A stretch of 64,000 bases of DNA, taken from NCBI GenBank assembly GCA_965285935.1, contig OZ260661.1, positions 116,312,001-116,376,000 of the forward strand, in the 5' to 3' direction. The stretch is from Ophelia neglecta. Taxonomy: Eukaryota. Below the pieces are notes generated by a model. That model saw nothing but the letters and a program-made list of their open reading frames with translations, was not told where the DNA came from and did not search any database. Below, piece by piece: positions 57,001 to 64,000 of this stretch. The position numbers were made by a program, and so were the translations under genes. The first letter of the stretch is position 1. Each line of letters starts with the position of its first letter.

Positions 57001-58954
57001 TGTTGAGCTTTCCTTTATTGCCTACTTGTGTGTATATCCTGCTTCAAATGTTAAATTACTCCCTTGTGGAAGATATTTATAGAAAGTTTGGTAATCAGTA
57101 TGTTTTATTAGGAGTCCCTTGTGTGAGGTAAATCAGTGGTAAATATTGCAGTTTTGATAGTCCTATGTTCTGTACCGTTCACATTGTGCTCTTTTTAGAT
57201 CATAAGCGGAGCATTCTTAACTGATAAAAAGGTGGGGACCTGTGTTGAGGTGGACATGTATGGCTTACCAGCTGATACGGTACGGAAGAAATTCAAAACC
57301 AAGACCATTCCCGGGAATGGCATTAATCCCCTGTGGGATGAGGATCCTTTTGTGTTCAGAAAGGTAAGGAGCAAGGACCACAAGATAAATGGGTTTCACT
57401 GATACATCAGCTGTGGGTATAATGACAATAAGTAGTCATCACACAAACATCAGGTTAACATACATCTATGAAAGTGTTATGGTATAAGTAAAATGTGTTC
57501 AGTAGTCTCATCTTAACCCTTCACTTAAACTTCTCAAAACAACTGCTTCTTTTATCTAGCAAGGCATTTTACTCCCTCACCAACACTACCCATATATGGC
57601 AATAGCTGCTTTATTGACCTTAGAGTCTTTACCATGAGAGTACTTGAATGCAAAATTAAGAAAACTGCATACTACTTGTTTTTACACTGTCTCTCTCACA
57701 GGTTGTGTTGCCTAACTTGGCCACTCTGCGTATAGCAGCATATGATGACAATAATCGTCTGCTTGGCCATCGTGTTCTGCCTGTAGAAGGCCTACGACCT
57801 GGCTACCGACACATTTGTCTGAGGAATGAACTCAACCAGCCACAAGGCTGCGCCACTCTCTTTGTATACATCAGTGCTAGAGATTATGTGTCAGATGCTT
57901 TTGCAGGTAATATTTTGTTGTATGCAATGTATAAATCAACTTTTATTTATTAGTTTGTCTAATTTTTCTATCCCTTGAAACCCGTTATCTGTGATGACTC
58001 ATGCCTTTGTAAAACAAATAGCGTAAACCACTGAATTATTAAAGTAGGCTTGCCTTTTCTGGGGAGCATCACACAGTATAGCCCATTTCCTTCTCATTGC
58101 ACTGCGCTATTCAAAATGGTCACCAAAGGTGCATTTTGATGAAAGGGAACTACTCTGGGGCAAAGTGCTAATGAAAGGCAATTTGTGTTAAGATAAATTT
58201 TCTGCGGAAATCATATTGAAGTCAGTGTCTTTATTGGAGGGGTCCGGCCAAAGGAGAAAATTTGATTGATCACATTCTTTGTTATCTCACCCATATTATT
58301 GACTAGGTGGCACCTTTTATAACCTCATGAGAAGGATTGCACCAAGCTATGTATGTGTTTCAGACTTTGCAGCAGCCCTGGCAAACCCCATAGCTTACCA
58401 GTCGCAGGTAGAGAAACATGCCCAGCAGCTGGCAGCACTGGAGGATGACTTTGATGTGGAGGTACAGATCATGTATAACAAACCCTGCATGAGCTCGGCA
58501 TAGCTAGTTGATAGTTAATACTGACTTGTGTAAAGGGCAACTGATTATATATTAGAATATAATACTTATGAATAATAAAAAAATAAATGGGGGATGCAAC
58601 TCAATAGAAAGATGCTTGACACAGGGATAAGGTGAAAGAATTGTGGAAACAAAGCACATTTCCTCAACACCTTTGAGGTCCGAAAATAACCGCTTATATA
58701 TTGTTAAGCTAGAAGGAACTATTATTCACATTGCTTGCAGGATGAAGAAGCAGCCGAGGCCACAGTGGCTGAGGTAAGAAGAGCAGAAATGGATGGCTTT
58801 TCACGAGAGAAAAACAGCTCTGTGATGTCTAAACGCAGTGCAGTGGACACGCCACCAATTATCAGTCGTGTGGGGAGTACCACTGCTTCCAGACAGCTGG
58901 CCAAACAGGAGAGCACACAGTCATGTGTATCACAGGGCTCAGGAGCATCCACTG
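30015..58954 (+). CDS. PLCB: Phosphoinositide phospholipase C beta (PLCB1-3/Plc21C-like), multi-exon gene, partial at both ends
   Basis: 19 AG/GT-bounded exons join in frame. Motifs: [74 protein letters not shown]2 ([20 protein letters not shown]), ALANPI. The linker [19 protein letters not shown] resembles PLCB1-3/Plc21C rather than PLCB4/NorpA. Confidence 0.96.
31340..31855 (-). pseudogene. pogo-like DDE transposase remnant
   Basis: IVNMDETP...[19 protein letters not shown]...[10 protein letters not shown]...[20 protein letters not shown]; 35 residues between second and third D; in-frame TAA; apparent internal deletion; no DNA-binding domain seen. Confidence 0.9.
31938..32033. repeat. 51-nt-period direct duplication inside the transposon, each copy with an ATGCAAAT octamer
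   Basis: ggtaaccatgg(c/t)catgtatgcaaattag(a/g)gaggt(c/t)actatgatac x2. Confidence 0.8.
32834..33448. mobile_element. Possible old TTAA-flanked non-autonomous DNA element
   Basis: TTAA|ggctattca ... tgaatggct|TTAA imperfect TIR; internal catgg(t/c)aaccat motifs. Confidence 0.3.
42872..43012 (+). CDS. PLCB: PLC-beta exon, PH domain ([11 protein letters not shown]...[26 protein letters not shown])
   Basis: ttgcag|GAC...AAG|gtcagt, 141 nt, phase 0-0. Confidence 0.95.
44113..44246 (+). CDS. PLCB: PLC-beta exon, PH end/EF1 ([19 protein letters not shown]...EGKIPVK)
   Basis: cttcag|ATA...AA|gtaaac, 134 nt, phase 0-2. Confidence 0.94.
44467..44551 (+). CDS. PLCB: PLC-beta exon, EF hand ([28 protein letters not shown])
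   Basis: tcccag|T...AAG|gtgagg, 85 nt, phase 2-0. Confidence 0.94.
44780..44880 (+). CDS. PLCB: PLC-beta exon, EF hand ([33 protein letters not shown])
   Basis: ttgcag|AAT...CT|gtgagt, 101 nt, phase 0-2. Confidence 0.94.
45334..45500 (+). CDS. PLCB: PLC-beta exon, EF hand (GAGKKPYLT...[13 protein letters not shown]...[10 protein letters not shown])
   Basis: gattag|T...G|gtaatc, 167 nt, phase 2-1; [12 protein letters not shown] hallmark. Confidence 0.95.
45523..46185. repeat. Compound minisatellite: 28-nt unit (cactggacagtgtggggcataaactgtt) grading into 24-nt unit (gacagtgtgggccctagtctgttt)
   Basis: Direct tandem repetition, shared gacagtgtggg core. Confidence 0.93.
46343..46360 (+). CDS. 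PLCB: Candidate 18-nt alternative microexon of PLC-beta (adds DSEVPP)
   Basis: ttgctaacatttcag|ATTCAGAAGTGCCGCCAG|gtatgg; phase 1-1, stop-free, three CTAAC motifs and a TGC just upstream. Confidence 0.6.
47723..47869 (+). CDS. PLCB: PLC-beta exon, EF4/X-box start ([11 protein letters not shown]...[12 protein letters not shown])
   Basis: ttgcag|GA...G|gtaagt, 147 nt, phase 1-1; catalytic His motif SSHNTY. Confidence 0.97.
48114..48351 (+). CDS. PLCB: PLC-beta exon, X box ([10 protein letters not shown]...[12 protein letters not shown]...ITHG...SFENHC)
   Basis: ttttag|GA...TC|gtgagt, 238 nt, phase 1-2. Confidence 0.97.
48576..48660 (+). CDS. PLCB: PLC-beta exon, X box ([28 protein letters not shown])
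   Basis: ctccag|G...CCA|gtaagt, 85 nt, phase 2-0. Confidence 0.95.
49355..51270. repeat. Minisatellite, 21/23-nt unit (gaactgtcattcccactgtga); homogeneous to ~50455, degenerate after
   Basis: Direct tandem repetition. Confidence 0.97.
52680..52764 (+). CDS. PLCB: PLC-beta X-box terminal exon, variant A ([28 protein letters not shown])
   Basis: ctactag|CTA...T|gtaagt, 85 nt, phase 0-1; canonical LPSP..L.GKI.VKNKK. Confidence 0.93.
53120..53155 (+). CDS. Candidate 36-nt cassette exon ([12 protein letters not shown] in phase 0)
   Basis: tttttgtttcag|GAA...CAG|gtatct; stop-free in phase 0; 57 nt upstream of variant B acceptor. Confidence 0.3.
53213..53297 (+). CDS. PLCB: PLC-beta X-box terminal exon, variant B, duplicated/mutually exclusive ([28 protein letters not shown])
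   Basis: acaccag|CTA...T|gtaagt; same 85-nt length and 0-1 phase as variant A; colinear PSP..L..K.I.K.KKR motif. Confidence 0.85.
55533..55807 (+). CDS. PLCB: PLC-beta exon, acidic X-Y linker
   Basis: ttgcag|CC...AAG|gtggtt, 275 nt, phase 1-0; [20 protein letters not shown] acidic stretch. Confidence 0.92.
55987..56083 (+). CDS. PLCB: PLC-beta exon, linker end/Y-box start ([32 protein letters not shown])
   Basis: gtacag|GGC...A|gtatgt, 97 nt, phase 0-1. Confidence 0.95.
56266..56350 (+). CDS. PLCB: PLC-beta exon, Y box ([27 protein letters not shown])
   Basis: ttttag|AG...AA|gtatcc, 85 nt, phase 1-2. Confidence 0.95.
56351..56516 (+). other. U12-type (minor spliceosome) GT-AG intron
   Basis: 5' splice site GTATCCTTT (exact U12 consensus); branch site TCTTTAAC at 56500-56507 close to the AG; no polypyrimidine tract. 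Confidence 0.9.
56517..56641 (+). CDS. PLCB: PLC-beta exon, Y box ([41 protein letters not shown])
   Basis: aactag|C...G|gtatgg, 125 nt, phase 2-1. Confidence 0.97.
56763..56917 (+). CDS. PLCB: PLC-beta exon, Y-box end ([27 protein letters not shown]...GTVEIK)
   Basis: ttgcag|AT...AAG|gttaga, 155 nt, phase 1-0. Confidence 0.96.
57199..57363 (+). CDS. PLCB: PLC-beta exon, C2 domain ([27 protein letters not shown]...FVFRK)
   Basis: ttttag|ATC...AAG|gtaagg, 165 nt, phase 0-0. Confidence 0.96.
57702..57906 (+). CDS. PLCB: PLC-beta exon, C2 domain ([15 protein letters not shown]...[12 protein letters not shown]...DYVSDAFA)
   Basis: tcacag|GTT...G|gtaata, 205 nt, phase 0-1. Confidence 0.96.
58364..58461 (+). 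CDS. PLCB: PLC-beta exon, proximal CTD / Galpha-q-binding helix-turn-helix ([32 protein letters not shown])
   Basis: tttcag|AC...GAG|gtacag, 98 nt, phase 1-0; ALxxPI motif. Confidence 0.94.
58741..58954 (+). CDS. PLCB: PLC-beta exon, CTD linker (DEEAAEAT...SQGSGAST)
   Basis: ttgcag|GAT...G|gtcagt, 214 nt, phase 0-1, open frame, low-complexity linker. Confidence 0.82.
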
Positions 58955-59034
58955 GTCAGTGTTATAACCTCTTATAGTCAGACATCTCTGCCCGGGCAAA
59001 TGACAACCTGTCATTGTCACAATATTGTCACAAC

Positions 59035-62000
59035 ATAACAACCTCTCATAGTCACCTCTCATAGTCACACTACCTTACCCAGGCTATACAACAACCTCTC
59101 ATAGTCACACTACCTTACCCAGGCTATACAACAACCTCTCCTAGTCACACTACCTTACCCAGGCTATACAACAACCTCTCATAGTCAAACTACCTTACCC
59201 ATGCTATACAACAACCTCTCATAGTCACACTACCTTACCCAGGCTATACAACACCCTCTCATAGTCCCACTACCTTACCCAGGCTATACAACACCCTCTC
59301 GTAGTCACACTACCTTACCAAGGCTATACAACACCCTCTCATAGTCACACTACCTTACCCAGGCTATACAACAACCTGTCATAGTCACACTACCTTACCC
59401 AGGCTATACAACACCCTCTCATAGTCACACTACCTTACCCAGGTTAAACAACAACCTCTCATAGTCACACTACCTTACCCAGGCTATACAACAACCTCTC
59501 ATAGTCAAACTACCTTACCCAGGCTATACAGCAACCTCTCATAGTCACACTACCTTACCCAGGCTATACAACAACCTCTCATAGTCACACTACCTTACCC
59601 AGGCCATACAACAACCTCTCCTAGTCACACTACCTTACCCAGGCTATACAGCAACCTCTCATAGTCACACTACCTTACCTAGGCTATACAACAACCTCTC
59701 ATAGTCACACTACCTTACCCAGGCCATACAACAACCTCTTATAGTAACACTACCTTACCCAGGTTAAACAACAACCTCTCATAGCCACACTACCTTACCA
59801 AGGCTATACAACAACCTCTCATAGTCACACTACCTTACCCAGGCTACACAACATGCTCTCATAGTCAAACTACCTTACCCAGGCCATACAACAACCTCTC
59901 ATAGTCACACTACCTTACCCAGGCTATACAACACCCTCTCATAGTCCCACTACCTTACCCAGGCTATACAACACCCTCTCATAGTCACACTACCTTCCCC
60001 GGCCATACAACAACCTCTCCTAGTCACACTACCTTACCCAGGCTATACAACAACCTCCCATAGTCACACTACCTTACCAAGGCTATACAACAACCTCTCA
60101 TAGTCACACTACCTTAGCCAGGCTATACAACAACCTCTCATAGTCAAACTACCTTACCCAGGCTATACAACAACCTCTCATAGTCACACTACCTTACCCA
60201 GGCCATACAACAACCTCTCATAGTCAAACTACCTTACCCAGGTTAAACAACAACCTCTCATAGCCACACTACCTTACCAAGGCTATACAACAACCTCTCA
60301 TAGTCACACTACCTTACCCAGGCTATACAACACCCTCTCATAGTCCCACTACCTTACCCAGGCTATACAACACCCTCTCATAGTCACACTACCTTCCCCG
60401 GCCATACAACAACCTCTCATAGTCACACTACTTTACCCAGGCTATACAACAACCTCTCATAGTCACACTACTTTACCCAGGTTAAATAACAACTTCTCAT
60501 AGTTACACTACCTTACCCAGGCTATACAACATCCTCTCATAGTCACACTACCTTACCCAGGCTATACAACACCCTCTCATAGTCACACTACACTGCCCAG
60601 GCTATACAACAACCTCTCATAGTCACACTACACTGCCCAGGCTATACAACAACCTCTCATAGTCACACTACCTTACCCAGGCTATACAACATCCTCTCAT
60701 AGTCACACTACCTTACCCAGGCTATACAGCAACCTCTCATAGCCACACTATCTTACCCAGGCTATACAACAACCTCTCATAGTCACACTACACTGCCCAG
60801 GCTATACAACAACCTCTCATAGTCACACTACACTGCCCAGGCTTTACAACAACCTCTCATAGTCACACTACCTTACCCAGGCTATACAACAACCTCTCGT
60901 AGTCACACTACCTTACCCAGGCTATACAGCAACCTCTCATAGTCACACTACACTGCCCAGGCTATACAGCAACCTCTCATAGTCACACTACACTGCCCAG
61001 GCTATACAACAACCTCTCATAGTCGCACTACACTGCCCAGGCTATACAACAACCTCTCATAGTCACACTACACTGCCCAGGCTTTACAACAACCTCTCAT
61101 AGTCACACTACCTTACCCAGGCTATACAACAACCTCTCGTAGTCACACTACCTTACCCAGGCTATACAGCAACCTCTCATAGTCACACTACACTGCCCAG
61201 GCTATACAGCAACCTCTCATAGTCACACTACACTGCCCAGGCTATACAACAACCTCTCCTAGTCACACTACCTTACCCAGGCTATACAACAACCTCTCAT
61301 AGCCACACTACCTTATCCAGGCTATACAACATCCTCTCATAGTCACACTACCTTATCCAGGCTATACAACATCCTCTCATAGTCACACTACCTTACCCAG
61401 GCTATACAGCAACCTCTCATAGTCACACTACCTTACCCAGGCTATACAACATCCTCTCATAGTCACACTACCTTACCCAGGCTATACAGCAACCTCTCAT
61501 AGTCACACTACCTTACCCATGTTAAACAACAACCTCTCCTAGTCACACTACCTTACCCAGGCTATATAACACCCTCTCATAGTCACACTACCTTACCCAG
61601 GCTATACAACCTCTCATAGTCACACTACTTACCCAGGCTATACAACACCCTCTCATAGTCACACTACCTTACCCAGGCCATACAACAACCTCTCCTAGTC
61701 ACACTACCTTACCCAGGCTATACAACACCCTCTCCTAGTCACACTACCTTACCCAGGCTATACAACACCCTCTCCTAGTCACACTACCTTACCCAGGCTA
61801 TACAACAACCCGTCATAGTCACACTACCTTACCCGTGCTATACAACACCCTCTCATAGTCACACTACACTGTCCAGGTTCATACAACAACCTCTCCTAGT
61901 CACACTACCTTACCCAGGCTATACAACAACCTCTCCTAGTCACACTACCTTACCCAGGCTATACAACAACCTCTCATAGTCACACTACCTTACCCAGGCT

Positions 62001-62480
62001 ATACAACAACCTCTCATAGTCACTCTACCTTACCCAGGCTATACAACAACCTCTCATAGTCACACTACCTTACCCAGGCTATACAACACCCTCTCATAGT
62101 CACACTACCTTACCCGTGCTATACAACAACCTCTCATAATCACACTACACTGCCCAGGCTATACAACACCCTCTCATAGTCACACTACCTTACCCAGGCT
62201 ATACAACAACCTCTCATAGTCACACTACCTTACCCAGGCTATACAACACCCTCTCATAGTCACACTACCTTACCCATGCTATACAACAACCTCTCATAAT
62301 CACACTACACTGCCCAGGCTTTACAACAACCTCTCATAGTCACACTAACTTACCCAGGCTATACAACACCCTCTCATAGTCACACTACCTTACCCAGGCT
62401 ATACAACAACCTCTCATAGTCACACTACCTTACCCAGGCTATACAACAACCTCTCATAGTCACACTACACTGCCCTGGCA
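59035..62480. repeat. Minisatellite, 40-nt unit (acaacctctcatagtcacactaccttacccaggctataca), ~85 copies
   Basis: Direct tandem repetition. Confidence 0.98.
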
Positions 62481-62823
62481 GTATAACCTCTCATAATCCA
62501 AACACAGTGCCCATAGTCACACAGTCACTCAATGTCACACAACCTTCATGTTTGTTACAGTTGTCAGCAAACAGGGCAATAACATTAATTCTTATTTGTT
62601 GATTTGTCATTACAACATTGTATTCTTTATCCATTGCACATCTGATGACAGACTATTAAAGTTACATGAATTAGACTAAGTATATGTTGATATCTGTTAA
62701 AAAATATTGTGCCCATATATATTTGTTTCAGGTTAGCTTAGTGTATCATCTTGACATGACCGTCCATTGATGTAGGTAACAAGGCCTGCCGTGTAATCTT
62801 TATCAGGTTGATATTTGTTACAG

Positions 62824-62946
62824 ACCAGCCTGACAAGAGACAAGATAGAATCCTCATAGAGGAGCGTGAGGCGCTGACTTTTAACTTTGGCTGTTGTTCA
62901 TGGACACGTACCAACAGCAATCCTACCAAACGGAAGACTGTGATTG
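62824..62946 (+). CDS. PLCB: Probable further PLC-beta CTD-linker exon (QPDKRQDRILIEEREALTFNFGCCSWTRTNSNPTKRKTVI); 3' end uncertain
   Basis: tttgttacag| acceptor is in the phase-1 frame required by the preceding exon; open frame; candidate donor G|gttggt gives a 123-nt symmetric exon. Confidence 0.5.
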
Positions 62947-64000
62947 GTTGGTACATTCCAGTGCATGATGGGACTTGTCCCCTTCATTGTTACTATACTA
63001 ATACTGAGATAGTCATTTTTCAGATGTTGTTGTGTGCACACTTGGACTCCAAAAAAAATAGAACGAAAGATTTCACCTATGAAGCATGCCTGGTCACACT
63101 CCACAATCCTGTAAACCTTTAATATTATAATTAGGCCGACTGAGTATTTTGATAATATGGAATGTATTTAATTGTTAATAAGGCAGAGTTAGAATTTAGC
63201 TAACTTGTTTGTTTGGAGTTGATTATTTTTAATTAGCCTGTGATTTATGGTTGACTAGATCTAACCAAGTTCATATTACACTAAGGACTCCATGACACCA
63301 TGGCACATCCGTTACCATTGACCCTGTCCTGCACTCAAAAAACCCAAGTCACAACGTCACAATGATCACATCACAGTTCAGTCTGACTCCAATCAAAATT
63401 TTCCTCATATTGGTCTAACAATTGTTCCAAAATCAACAGCTAGTTTTAATTTATTCATTCTTAATGCTACCTGATTGCTGATTTGACAGGCATCAGACAC
63501 CTCCAAAACTGCACAACTTTCGTATTGTTTGAAAATGCCTTTTTAAATGTCATAGATTCATATATTATAGCTTCAGCTGTTGTGAGTTGTCTAGGGAAGC
63601 AGCTTTTGGCTGGATCTTGAATTGGGCAGCATTTGCAAGTCTGAGCGGGGAATGTAAATTTCTAGACACTGTGTGAAACATAGACAATTCAGGAGTTTCA
63701 GTTTAGAGAAATATATTCCTGCAAGTCCGATGATTCTCAATAATTCACACAGCAATACGCCAAATTTAGGCAGCATATGGGATTTTACACTTATTGCAAA
63801 AGTAACTAAATACATCTAAATACATCATGGCAAGAGATGGTTTATGGGAATTTCCCCTTGTCAAGCAATAAATATATCAAATAATTTTGAAACGTTTATC
63901 AGAAGTGTTAAATCAGGTCAACCATAAATCAAAGGAAAATTAAGTACAAGTATCAATTTTAACCCAGATTTTTTTTCCTGGACTGAATCTTGCACAGCTT

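Overview
AT-rich, intron-rich eukaryotic (metazoan, probably marine invertebrate) genomic DNA. Most of the window appears to lie inside one large + strand gene for phospholipase C-beta (PLCB1-3 / Drosophila Plc21C class). I traced by hand 19 phase-consistent coding exons from 30015 to 58954 (2671 nt, ~890 codons). They cover the PH domain, EF hands, X box, acidic X-Y linker, Y box, C2 domain and the Galpha-q-binding helix-turn-helix. The first coding exons and the distal CTD were not found and probably lie outside the window. Splicing features missed by the ORF track: (i) a tandem pair of 85-nt homologous, apparently mutually exclusive exons at the end of the catalytic X box (52680-52764 and 53213-53297); (ii) an 18-nt frame-preserving microexon candidate in the EF-hand region (46343-46360); (iii) a U12-type GT-AG intron (56351-56516); (iv) further cassette candidates. 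The introns hold a defective pogo-superfamily DD35D DNA transposon with intact TIRs and TA TSD, a decayed LINE reverse transcriptase, MITE-like elements and four minisatellite arrays (37, 28/24, 21/23 and 40 nt units). Most short ORFs in the track are spurious.
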